Of a stretch of 64,000 nt of DNA, positions 12,017 to 23,654 are shown piece after piece. The DNA comes from Leucoraja erinacea. Lineage: Eukaryota. Position numbers and translations under genes: made by a program. The stretch is taken from the NCBI RefSeq assembly GCF_028641065.1, contig NC_073379.1, forward strand, positions 65,410,001-65,474,000. The letters are read 5' to 3'. Numbering within the stretch: the stretch's first letter is position 1; the number at the start of each line of letters is the position of its first letter. The notes beneath the pieces are model-generated. The model was not told the DNA's origin and did not search any database. It saw only the letters and a program-made list of their open reading frames with translations.

Positions 12017-13040
12017 ACCCCTGCAAGGCAGGACGGGACACTCCGGGAGGAAGGGGCACTCCAGCATACTCGTGTGCCAGCCGCCACAGGCGCCCGACGG
12101 GGAGGGTTGTGCTGGAACTGGAGTGAGAGCCGGGGCGGAAAAAGAATCCGCCACTGGAACCAAGGACAAGCCTGGGTTCGAGGTCAGGGACGAGCCTACT
12201 GGAGTTCAGGCGGCGTCTAAGCTGATGGCTGGAGTCTACAGCCAGGGCCGGGCTGAGTACGTGAAACGAGTTCCAGGCCATGGCGCTGCTCTACAACCTG
12301 GGTAGGTCATGGGGCAGAGGATGGGAGTGAGGGGGAGGAGGATGAGAGAAATTAGATGGGGTGGGGAGAGTGGGGTTGTGGAGGGAGATGGGGGGGGGTG
12401 GTGGAGGTGGGAGATGGGGGGGGGGGGGGGGGTGTGTGGTGTGGGGGAGAGGGGATGGGGGGGGGAGGTGGAGGTGGGGGGGGGGGGGGGTGGGGTGTAG
12501 AGGGAGATGGGGGGGTGGAGGAGGGAGATGCACCTCACTCCCACCCCTCTACCCCCCCCCCTGTATACCCTCAATCCCCCTCTCTACCCCCTCCCTATCC
12601 GCCCTCACTTCCACTCTCTCTTCCCCTCTCCCTCTCTACCCTTCCACCCCCTCTACCTCTCTCTCCCCTCCCACGCTACCCCCTCCCTATCTACCCTCAC
12701 TCCCACCCTCTCTACACCCCTCCCTCTCTGCGTCTCTCCCTCTACCTCCATCACCCTCCCTCTCTACCCCCATCCCTCTCTGCCCCCCTTCCCTCTATAC
12801 TCCCCTCCCTCACTATTCCCCCTCCCTCACTATCCCCCCTCCCTCTTTAGGGCTTGAAGAGGGTGAAGAGGAGGAGGAGGGAATGCTGGGGGATGAGGAG
12901 AAATTATCACACCCGCGCAGTTGGGGGTTATGAGTGAGTGGTGCAATATTGCGTTGGGGGAATGGCTTGCATTGGGGGAAAGGGTGAGTGGTGGAATCTT
13001 GCGTTGGGGAGCAGATCCAACAGGTCTGCACTTGGTCTAG
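10850..13040 (+). mobile_element. Non-autonomous Helitron
   Basis: 5' tatatatttaaaactctcgtg, similar to TCTATAATACTAAAACTCT at 16319. 3' hairpin GCAGATCC-aac-AGGTCTGC then acttggtCTAG|T. Its subterminal aatattgcgttggg is shared with the Helitron ending at 40626. Confidence 0.8.
11355..12850. repeat. Low-complexity polypyrimidine/polypurine tracts (CCCTCTCTCCTCA-like repeats, poly-C/poly-G) inside the Helitron
   Basis: Directly visible; these tracts produce the spurious Pro-rich and Gly-rich ORFs. Confidence 0.9.
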
Positions 13041-13915
13041 TACAACCTTAAATTCTATGGCTAACTATGATATTTCTCCCAATAAAACAACTTGTTGGAG
13101 ATTAAATTAATCTGGGCTCCCTATGGGTGAACTGCTCACAGGATAAGTAGGGGGAATCTCAATTTGGAACCTTTTTGGCTGGAAAGAACATCATCCCTGA
13201 AAGGTTGGAATGGAAAATCAGAGGGTTTTTTTCTGCATTAACAACACTGTTGGATGTTGTCCTCTTGAATTTGAGTGGAAATTGCATAGATGTATGAAAA
13301 GGTAAGTATAATGAAAATATAGAATTATGCACTGTCTGTAATATTTAATTTTAAGAAAACCATTTCAAGAATGAGTGGTGCTTGCACTTGATATTTATTT
13401 TACTTTTTTATTTATATGAATGATAAGGCTAATTATTACTTATCCTTGTGGAGGTTGTAACAAGCTTCGTTCTTGAATTTTATTGTTGGCAATACAGGCA
13501 GTCCCACAATGGAATTACTATTTAATAGATTTGGGTGGTGCTAGACTAATTTGAATGGTGGTTAAAAGACAACTACATTGCTATTGATATTAAAAGCACT
13601 CTGCCTTCAATTAGAAATGGAATAAATTGCCATGTCACTAACTGATTTCATCATTTTCACATAACAGTATACTTAACACTCCATAACTATTAGTATTGGA
13701 AAACCTCCAAGAACCAAAACAAACAGATCAACTTTTTGAAATCAACACATGCATAGCATACTAATCACCAGGCACTTCCAGATCGGGTCAGACTAACTGA
13801 CCTATAGCCTGCGGTTGTGGGCCATAATAATGTAATGCAAATTGTGAAGACAGCTGTACTTCTGTTGAGCTTACTGTCCCAAGAGGAACAGTCTCCAAAT
13901 GCTGGATTCCAGATT

Positions 13916-15510
13916 AGAAACATAGAAACATGGAGAATAGATGCAGGAGTAGGCCATTCGGCCCTTCGAGCCATTAAATATGATCATCCAAAATCAGTAC
14001 CAATTCAGGCTTTCCCCCCCATATCCCTTGATTCCTTAGAAACATAGAAAATAGGTGTAGGAGTAGGCTCTGTACTTCCTCTATGGCAAGAATGTCCTTC
14101 CTCAGATTAGGAGACCAAAACTGTATGCAATACTCCAGGTGTGGCCTCACCAATACCCTGTACAACTGCAGTAAAACCTCCCTGTTCCTATACTCAAATC
14201 CTTTTGCTATGAATGTTAACATGTTTATGTTTATATGTAGTTTTTGTTATTTTATGTTGGGGTGTGTGTGTGGGGGGGTGGGGGTGGGGTGGGAGGGGGG
14301 GGGGGGGAAAACTTTTAAATTTCTCCCTGCACTGGAGACCCGACCTTTTTTTCGTCGGGTCTCAGTTGTCGTTGAGGCCGCAACGAGGAGCGGCCTCCAA
14401 CAGGAAGAAGCCGGGGACTCAGGTGCCGACTCACCGTTGCCGTCGCGGGGCTGGCCGAGTCCGGAGCGGGTGGAGCGGTGGAGGAGCGCTGATGCTGCTG
14501 CTGCTGCTGCTGCTGCTACCGGAGAGTCGGAGGCTCCAACGGCAGGTCTGTGGACGGCGGCACCGGGAGCCCGCGGGTCCCTGGAGGGAGACCGCTTTTC
14601 AGGGCTCCTGCAACGGCGACTTCTCCCGCCCGAGTTGCGGGGTTGAAGAGCTCCTGGAGCGGGGCCTTTACAGCACCACTGCCCCGCGCGGCTTGGAATG
14701 GCCGCGGGACACTGCTAGCGCACACCGGGGTCTTTAACACCAAGACCCGGTGTGCGACCTCGCACCACCCGGCGTGGCTTTAATGGCCGCGGGACAATTG
14801 CCATCGCCAGCCGGGGGCTTTGACTTTGACTCTGACATCGGGGGGGAGAGAGTGCAGTGGAGAGATAAGTTTTTTTTTGGCCTTCCATCACAGCTATGTG
14901 ATGGATGTTTATGTAAAATGTAAATTATGTTGTGTCTGGGGTCTATTTGTGTGTAATGTATGGCTGCAGAAACGGCATTTCGTTTGGACCTCAAGGGGTC
15001 CAAATGACAATTAAATTGACTCTGACTCTGACTCTGAACATACCATTCGCTTTCTTCACTGCCTGCTGCACCTGCATGCCTACTTTCAATGACTGGTGTA
15101 CCATGGCACCCAGGTCTCGTTGCATCTCCCCTTTTCCTAATCATCCACCATTCAGATAATAGTCTACTTTCCTGTTTTTCCACCAAAGTGGATAACCTCA
15201 CATTATACTGCATCTGCCATGCATTTGCCCACTCACCCAGCCTATCCAAGTCACCTTGCAGCCTCCTTAGCATCATCCTCACAGCTAACACTGCCCCCAG
15301 CTTTGTGTCATCCGCAAACTTGGAGATGTTGCATTCAATTCCCTCGTCCAAATCTAAGAGCTAAATCTAACTCTCCCTTGAAAACATCCAGTGAATTAGC
15401 CTCCACTGCCTTCTGTGGCAGAGAATTCCACAGATTCACAGCTCTCTGGGCGAAAAGGTTTTTCCTCATCTTAGTCCTAAATGGCCTATTCTTAAACTGT
15501 GACCCCTGGA
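13916..15510 (-). mobile_element. Cluster of CR1-type LINE fragments, interrupted at ~14218-15037
   Basis: ORF remnants [35 protein letters not shown] and ISKFADDTKLG (RT motif C), plus tagaaacatagaaa 3' tails. Confidence 0.9.
14222..15037 (+). mobile_element. CpG-rich non-autonomous retroelement with (ACTCTG)n tail, inserted in CR1
   Basis: Ends caaatgacaattaaattg(actctg)n. Short aacat duplication on both sides, and the CR1 sequence resumes across it. Body is homologous to 23655-24335. Confidence 0.75.
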
Positions 15511-15604
15511 CTCAATTACAGTACTCAAACAAACAGGAAATAACAATAATCAGTGCTGCAAGTCAACCTCTTCTTTTGTACAATATTTTGTTTTAATTTA
15601 CCAT

Positions 15605-15905
15605 GCAGGAAGGAACTGTAGGTGCTGGTTTAAACGGAAGAAAGACACAAAATGCTGGATTAACTCAGCAGGACAGGCAGCATATAACCATATAACAATT
15701 ACAGCACGGAAACAGGCCATCTCGGCCCTACAAGTCCGTGCCGAACAACTTTTTTTTTCTGGAGAATCTCTGGAGAAATGAAATGTGTGGCGTTTCGAGT
15801 TGAGACCCTTCTTCAAACTGACTTCAGAGTCCAAAGAAGGGCCTCGAAAAGTCACCAGAGATGCTGCCGGTCCTGCTGAATTACTCCAGTATTTTGTGTC
15901 TATTT
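15605..15905. mobile_element. Penelope-derived inverted-repeat module containing a CR1 3' tail
   Basis: Arms agacacaaaatgctgga.taactcagcaggac and gtcctgctgaattactccagtattttgtgtct; CR1 tail at ~15684-15750. Confidence 0.65.
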
Positions 15906-16318
15906 CCAAATATTTTAACACTCTACATAAACTAAATTACCTTTAAGTGCATGTTGCCTCACAATTTGGAAACAACATGGATTAACAATCGTTCCACTGA
16001 AATAAGCTGCTACAAGACAAGCTGAAAAGCTGCTCCCCCATTTATCTCGGATTGATGGAGATATCCGAACAGACTTAAATGCTCACTTGCTAAACAACCT
16101 TAAAAATATATATTTACAGACACAGAACCTGGCTAACACAAAGCAATATTTATTTGCGCAGAATTGCTAACTAATCAAAGAGATACTTTCCCTCATGAAT
16201 ACTTCACCTTGTCCTAATTAAAATCGTACTGTACGCTTGCAAGGCATTGCAAACCTTCTAGTGTTCAACTGACTATCTTCTTTGAAATGTTACAAAATGT
16301 ACTATAATCATGTTAACC

Positions 16319-18480
16319 TCTATAATACTAAAACTCTTCCTATTGTATGTACAGGTGCACAACCTTTTATCCGAAAGCCTTGGGACCAGACACTTGTCGG
16401 ATTTCGGACATTTTCGGATTTCAGAATGGAAGATTTTTAGCGTAGATTAGGTAGGTAGCGCGGGCGGCTTGAAAAGTCTGGAGCTGCTGCCTCCTCCCGG
16501 GTGACCGGGAGACTCATTGCATAAATGTTAGTCAGTTAGTTTGGAGGGATTTTATGTGGTGGTGGTGGAGTCGGGGTGAAGGGGGAAACTTTAATTCTTA
16601 GTCCCCTACCTGGTCGGCGACTCCCAACCTCGTGGAGCTGGGGGGCTCCGTCCGGCCGCGGGCGGCGCCGGTTGTAGCTCCGACCCCGGCAACTCTACCC
16701 CTGGCTGCGAGGCGCTCCAAATCCAGCGCCGCCCGCGGTCGGACGTCCCAGCTCCGGGAATGTCGGGAGTCGGCAGCGTCGCAGCGCTGGGAAACCAGCG
16801 GGGAGCGGGCAATGCCTTACCGGGTCGCCGTGCGGCAAGCTCCGGAACGCTGTGGCCGCCGACACACAACAGAGCGTCGCTGGATTTGGAGCCGCGGAGT
16901 TGGGGGCTCCGTCCGGCCGCGGGCGGCGCCGGTTGGAGCTCCAACCCCGGCAACTCTACCCCTGGCTGCGCGGCTCCAAATCCAGCGACGCTCCGCGATG
17001 TTGTGTGTCGGCGGCCACAGCGCTCCGGAGCTTGCCGCACGGCGACCCGGTAAGGCATTGCCCGCTCCCCGCTGGTTTCCCAGCGCTGCGACGCTGCCGA
17101 CTCCCGACATTTGCGGAGCTGGGGCGTCTGGCCGCGGGCCGCGCTGGATTTGGAGCGCCTCGCAGCCAGGGGTAGAGTTGCCGGGGTCGGAGCTACACCT
17201 GGCGCCGCCCGCAGCCCCAACGGCCACAGCGCTGCGGAGCTTACTGCACGGCGACCCGGTAAGGCATTGACCGCTCCCCGCCTCTCCGACCAGGTAGGGG
17301 ACTAAGAATTAAAGTTTACCCCTTCACCCCCCCTTCACATAAAAGCCCTCCAAACTAACTGACTAACATTTAAGCAATGATTTACAGATGTTTAAGCGTC
17401 TCCCGGTCTCCAGGGAGGAGGCAGCCGCTACAGTAGTACAGACCTGGGTTGACCGTGGGTCGTTTTGGGTCAAGTTTGGCGCCAAACGCGAGCTTTGGTG
17501 CTCAGACGACATCTGGAAAAAATGGCCGGTTTTCGGAGCTTTTCGGTTTCTGGAACACCGGATAAAAGGTTGTGCACCTGTACCGACAATGTGTCAATCT
17601 GCTTTTCCTATCTTTTTCCAAACATTAGGCCGCAGCCTTCCCATTTTCACATATCCTACTCATTTTCCCTTTGCGGCGATAAACATCGTTCCGTCGCATT
17701 CCCACCTATATTTCGGATGATATTAAACCTTTAAATTTTATAAACAGCCCCAAAAACTCACCCATTTCTGAAAAATAAATCCGAGTGACGTCACAATGCA
17801 CTCGCAAGGCAGGACGGGACACTCCGTGAGGCAGCTGCCGACACCTGGTGGCGAGGGTGGTGCCGTGGGCCCTGGCTGGAGCCAAGCCTGGTGCTCGAGC
17901 TGGAGTGAGAGCAGAGCCTGGAGCTTGGGATGGGGTAGTGACCAGGGCCGAGAAAGAAGCCGCCGCTGGAACCAAGGACGAGCCTGGGTCCGGGGTCAGG
18001 GACGAGTCCAGAGATTAAGTCGGGGCCTGCAGTGGAGCCCATGCAGCGGCCAATCTGATGGCTGGAGTCTACAGTCAGGGCCGGGCCGAATACGAGAACC
18101 AGACCGAGTTCCAGGCCCTGGCGCTGCTCTACGACCCGAGTAGGTCCTGGGGCAGGGAATGGGAGTGAGGGGAGGAGGATGAAGGAAATGAGGAGGAAGG
18201 AGATGGGGTGGGGAATGGGTTGGTAGAGGGAGATGGGGAGGAGGGAGATGGGAAAAAGGGAGGGGGAGATGGGAAGAGGTGGAGGAGGGAGATGCCCCCT
18301 CCCTATCTACCCTCACTCCCACCCTCTCTATCTCCTCCCTCGCCCTCTCTATCCTCCCTCCCCCCCCACTCTCCCCCCTCCATCTCCCCCCTTCCTCTCT
18401 CCCCCTCTCTATCTTCCCCTCTCCCTCTACTCCCTCTCTACACTCTCCCTCTCCATCTCTATCCCCTCCCTCTCTGCCCT
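16319..18480 (+). mobile_element. 3'-truncated non-autonomous Helitron, same family as 10850-13040, with a nested MITE
   Basis: 5' TCTATAATACTAAAACTCT. 17806-18150 is homologous to 12023-12315 and is followed by the same purine then pyrimidine tracts. No 3' hairpin/CTAG seen. Confidence 0.7.
16352..17580. mobile_element. Tc1/mariner(pogo)-type MITE with foldback structure
   Basis: Perfect 22-bp TIRs CAGGTGCACAACCTTTTATCCG / CGGATAAAAGGTTGTGCACCTG, TA duplicated on both sides, and long internal inverted repeats. Confidence 0.9.
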
Positions 18481-19540
18481 TGGTTTATGTAACTTAATTT
18501 TGATTTCCATTTAAATCAATTGAATGAGGCACAGTCAGACACGTGTATGGTTTATGGCTGTAGTCCAGCTGCACATTCAAGGGACTGAAATCCCTCGCCA
18601 GGCTGCAATGAATGGCACGATGTGTATTATTGAAACATCATGGGAGACAAAATCAGTCCAATTTATTTGAATAAATGACAAAATGGGAAAAAAGTTAAAT
18701 AAAACAAAATATATAAACAATGAATGATGGAAATAGAAAGGAGGTCAGTTAGTATCTGTGAAAAGAAAATCCAGATAATGATAAGCTGGATACTTAGCAA
18801 CAAAAAAAACAAAAAGTAGGTATATACAAAATTAGTAGAGGAATTAGTGGAGGACATTCTAGGGATAAAACAAGATCAAACTAGAGTTGAATTGCAGAGG
18901 ATAGAGAGGTCAGAGGAAAGAGAAAGAATATAAAAAAGAATATTTAATATATTTATTTCTGTTAGCTGAAAACTAAAGAGTACGACACTATTCTGAGCAG
19001 GCATTGGTCCATAGCACAACACATCTCATAATTCATGACACACGGTCAGTGATTTGGCAGTGATTCTTCATCGAAGTTATGAAATTGCCTCATGTGGGAA
19101 AAGAAAATGTATCACTGGTGTACAACAAAATATTCTTCTGAGAGTAAAGTAGATGAAGTAGATTTTGCAAATTAACACTCCAAGCATAGAGCTTCTAGTG
19201 ATGGTAGCATGTGTTGTAAATTCAGTTTCCATCCATGGTAAAAAGTTGTATGAACTTCTTGAAGCTTAGTATTCAAATTTCAAAAATGAATAGTCACCAA
19301 ACAAAGCTCCATGACAGCTAGAGGCAGGCACATATATGTAAATCGTGGCATGAGGCACATTTGGGGTAAAAATGAATGTGTTTTGCCCAATTTTCCATGT
19401 GAAAAATAGGCACATTGGTGACAATTCCTCACTGTGCTGGTCCGCATTTGTACTTGGACCACTGATATTTATTAAAGAAAATTGGCTTCATAGAAGGGAG
19501 CAGAGGAAGATGGTGGAAGGTTGTTTTTCATTCAAGAGGC

Positions 19541-19900
19541 CAAAACTCTCATTTTGTCTGTATGTATGCGTGAGTGCGTGTGTGCGATATTCCAAAACCC
19601 CGCTATCGTACACGATAGCGCTGCAAGTTTTGGCCCATCTTACTCACCATTGTCCTGGGATGTAAAAGAAACAAGTTTCTTTCGGATTTATGTTATATTT
19701 TACAAGTTATTGACATTTAAAACTTTACAAAAAACACTTTTTAAACCACTTTTCCACGCCCTGATCGTCAGCAGCGTTCAACGTCGCAATGGGATCATGA
19801 ACCTCGTTTACATTTTTTTAAATCGCGATTTAAAAAAAATATCCGTTATAATCAAATTCTTACATTTTCATTAATTAACAGCTAACATTGTGTTCGTGTT
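19541..19900 (+). mobile_element. Helitron-like 5' fragment
   Basis: caaaactctc...gtatgt and ttttggcccatcttactca motifs are shared with the 5' regions of the other Helitrons here; CpG-rich relative to flanks. Confidence 0.45.
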
Positions 19901-19944
19901 ATTTTCAAGAAAAAACACAATTTTCATTGCAGTATTCACTGCAG

Positions 19945-20120
19945 TTTAGAAGGATGAGGGGGTTCTTATAGAAACATATAAAATTATAAAAGGACTGGAC
20001 AAGCTGGACGCAGGAAAAATATTCCCAACGTTGGGCAAGTCCAGAACCAGGTGCCCCAGTCTTAGAATAAAGGGGAAGTCATTTAAGACTGGCATGAGAA
20101 AAACTTTTTCACCCAGAGAG
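19945..20120 (+). mobile_element. CR1-type LINE fragment
   Basis: Encodes GKSRTRCPSLRIKGKSFKTGMRKTFS, the CR1 ORF2 C-terminus. Confidence 0.85.
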
Positions 20121-20244
20121 TTAAAGGGCTGCTTCTTTGTATACTTCTTTGATACATTTGACTGCAATGCATATGGAAATGTCAGTATTCATCTCTTGAG
20201 GATAGTTAATGAAAGTGATAATGACAAGGATAAAATTAATAGAA

Positions 20245-20400
20245 ACAAAGAACCACAGATGCTGGTTTATACCAAAGATAAACATAAAGTTCAGGAGTTA
20301 CTCAACAAATCAGGCAGCATCTCTGGAGAAAGGATCTGAAGAAGGGTCCCGATCCGAAATGTAACCTATCCTTTTTTTCCAGCACTTTGTGTCTATCTTA
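20245..20400. mobile_element. Penelope-derived inverted-repeat module with hammerhead-like core
   Basis: gatgctggttt...ggcagcatctctggagaaagga arm, CTGAAGAAGGGTCCCGATCCGAAA at 20336, and ccagcactttgtgtctatc arm. Confidence 0.7.
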
Positions 20401-20611
20401 AGGATAAAAATTAGACTTCATTGTGTATTTAGTAAAAGTACTGGCAATCTGATATTCAATACTATTCGCCCAACGTCAAACATGAAAGTAGCTCTTCAGA
20501 GGTGGAAGGGGGGGGGGGGGGGGGGGGGGGGGAAGAGATACCAGAAGTGTTACTGAACAACAGAGAATAACATCTCTGTATTAAATCAATCAATAATTCA
20601 TTCTTTTTGGA

Positions 20612-21362
20612 AGGCAGATTATTGAATGGTGTCAGGTTAGGAAAAGGGAAATACTACGAGACCTGGGTGTCCTTGTATTTCAGTCACTGAAAGTAAGCTT
20701 TCAGGTACAACAGGCAGTGAAGAAAGCTAATGGCATGTTGGCCTTCATAACGAGAGGAGTTGAGTATAGGAGCAAAGAGGACAGTTGTACAGGGCCATGG
20801 TGAGACCACACGTGGAGTGTTGCGTGCAGTTTTGGTCTCCTAATTTGAGGAACGATATTCTTGCTATTGAGGGAGAGCAGTGTAGGTTCACAAGGTTAAT
20901 TCCCGGGATGGCGGGACTGTCATATAATGAAAGAATTAAGTGATTGGGCTTGTATTCAATGGAATTTAGAAGGATGAGAGGGTATCTTATAGAAACATAA
21001 AATTATTAAGGGATTGGACACGCTAGATGCAAGAAAAATGTTCCAGATGTTGGGGGTGTCCAGAATCAGGGGCCACAGTTTAAGAATAAGGAGTAGGCCA
21101 TTTAGAACTGAGATGTGGAAACACTTTTTCACACAGAGAGTTGTGAATTTGTGGAATTCTCTGCCACAGAAGTGCAGTGGAGGCCGATTCACTGGATGCA
21201 TTCAAGAGTGTTAGAGCTCTTAGGGCTAGCGGAATCAAGGGGTATGGGGAGAAGGCAGGAATGGGGTACTGATTGTGAATGATCAACCATGATCACAATG
21301 AGTGGTGGTGCTAGCTCGAAGGGCCGAATGGCCTACTGTGCCTATTGTCTTTGTATCTATGT
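20612..21362 (+). mobile_element. CR1-type LINE 3' portion
   Basis: Encodes SRIRGHSLRIRSRPFRTEMWKHFFTQRVVNLWNSLPQ; 3' UTR ctcgaagggccgaatggcctact. Confidence 0.92.
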
Positions 21363-21840
21363 AGAATTGGCTTGGAAAAGGAAAAACTGATCAAAAGTTT
21401 GGAACCTAAAATCCAGTACTTCCACTTTTTAAATCACTGTATTGCATGAGACTAATGGTAACTAATCAATAGGCATTTACCATAAAGAGTTGATGACCAA
21501 AATTAATTATTTACATGACTAATAAAAGTTATGATTTGATGCCACATAGTTGATATTTTTCAAATGATTTTAATACCTTCTTCAGTTTCAACAGCTCTCA
21601 TTACCAATCCTACAATTTTACTGAAACAGCAGCAGATGAAATCAACTGGTCACAGAAGATAATTCTCAAAGTAACATTCCATGGAGTAATTCATCCAGAA
21701 CTATTTCCTTCACATAATACACCATCAGAAGGCTGCCCAAAGCAAGTAGAATAATAGAATGTAGGATTTTTGTTATATTTGGCAGATCTTTGCTTTCACT
21801 TTTAAAATCGATATCTTGCAAGTCTGTACTTTATACTCAC

Positions 21841-21966
21841 CAATGCATCGAGAGCCATCTGGAGATGTTACATAGCCACGGGGGCAGGTACAGTAAAAGC
21901 TTCCAATAGTGTTCGTACATTCGCCTCCATCACAGGCACCAAGGATAATTTGACATTCATCAATAT
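21841..21966 (-). CDS. FBN2: Fibrillin (FBN2/FBN3 clade) coding exon, cbEGF2
   Basis: 126-bp exon with cccag| acceptor and |gtgagt donor. Encodes (D)[41 protein letters not shown]; the [14 protein letters not shown] motif is FBN2-like. Phase 1-1. Confidence 0.95.
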
Positions 21967-22884
21967 CTGGGGGGGAGGAGGAAGGGAACAATATATAGAG
22001 TATGATTAAAAATATATCCATATGGGCTATTAGAGATACATTTGCAATTGTTATAAATGTTTACCTGAACATTTAATTCCTTTGAAAATCTAAAATTTAA
22101 TCGCAGCAAAGAATCATTATCAACAGCAATATTCAGGGGCATGTCACAACTTAACTTGGACTCAATGTTTTCAGTGTATTGCCTACAGTCACCCAGGCCC
22201 CATATGGAACATTAGGCTTCACCAGTTCTTCACCCGCTCTATTATAGATGAAATGTAGACAAAACTCCCTCACAATAAACATTTACAAGATATTTGGACA
22301 AGCAAGGTTGAGAGGTGGATGGGCTAAATGCAGCAAATGGACTAAGCCTAAAAAGGACATTTTGGGCAGAATGGACAAGTTGGGTAGTAAGGCCTGGTTT
22401 CCGTGCTGCATGGTTCTGTGTTGTCAGAGAGTTTTTAATGGCACCAGCCAGCTGTTTTAGAATCATCAGCAATGACGGCCACATGGCCCAGAGTGTATGC
22501 TATTTTTTTTTAAAGGTGCTATCTAATTAGTTCCTTCCTTTGCTCTTTCCATCAAATGTTGCCCCTTCTGTAACTTATCTAACTTGATTTTCAAACTTTC
22601 TATTGAATCTATTGCTACCACCCCTTCCTGATCGCAGATAGTATTAAAAAATAAATCTTCCCATCTCCTCTATGATTCTTTTGCCAGTTAATTTAAATAT
22701 TTATCGAATGGTCAATACCCTCTGGAATGGGAACAATGCTTTCTTACTGATTGTAAGAAATATCCTCATACATTTGAACATTCTTCTTGGAACCTTCTTA
22801 TTCTTTTCGTGTCTGTAAACAACAATCTCCCAGTGTGCTCTCAGCTCTGAATTTCCACATCCTCAAATATTACTGGGTTTGATA

Positions 22885-23022
22885 TATTGAGTTAGATTTA
22901 GCTCCTAGGGCTAACGGAATCAAGGGATATGGGGAGAAGCAGGATTGGGCTGTTGATTTTGGATGATCAGTCATGATCATATTGAGTGGTGGTGCGGTTC
23001 GAAGGGCCGAATGGCCTACTCC
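22885..23022 (+). mobile_element. CR1 3' UTR fragment
   Basis: gggatatggggagaagcagga...gatgatcagtcatgatcatattga...cgaagggccgaatggcctactcct. Confidence 0.8.
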
Positions 23023-23654
23023 TTTGAATTGACAAAGATTAATGACCCATTTTGTATACAGATAGCAGATATATAATTTTACATGCACTTTATTTCTTAA
23101 AAGTGAACTTCAATGAAGGACTTAGTATATTAGACATCTTACACACAAATAAACCTGATGGACACAGAAAATTGCAAATGTTGCCGTTACCAATAGGAAG
23201 GATGGGCAATTGAACCCATTATTACAATTATTCAAGTTAATTATTCATTAATATATCCCACTTTAAAAATATCCAATAGTCTATGCTCCATCACTAGGTT
23301 CTCACCAAGAAAACACAATTTAGATTACATTGCAACAACTGCCTAAAGGCAGCGGACAATGTGTGAAAAGATCTAAAATATATGTTGAATGGAAAAAGGT
23401 TGAATGGAGATGCCTATAATACCCATATGATAAAGTGAGTACAAGTGTTTGCCTCCTTCACTGCAGGGTAGAAACAGATACACTTGGAAACTGCCTGCCC
23501 TACAAACGTTGAAGCAGAAAAAGTGAAACGTCGTCAAATTAACTTTTATGCTAATATTCCATTGCACATGCCAAGTGAAACGGTGCAAGCTTGGCAGCTG
23601 TGATTTCCAATTGTCATAACTTTGTGGTAATGTCTAAAGGGAGGACCACTTGAC

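Noticed and set aside
11237-12933. Long Pro/Ser/Leu-rich and Gly-rich ORFs (up to 354 aa)
   Set aside because: Products of C/T-rich and G-rich low-complexity tracts in a Helitron; open in several frames at once.
16606-17305. Similar ~200-aa ORFs on both strands
   Set aside because: A consequence of the GC-rich palindrome; no domain signature.
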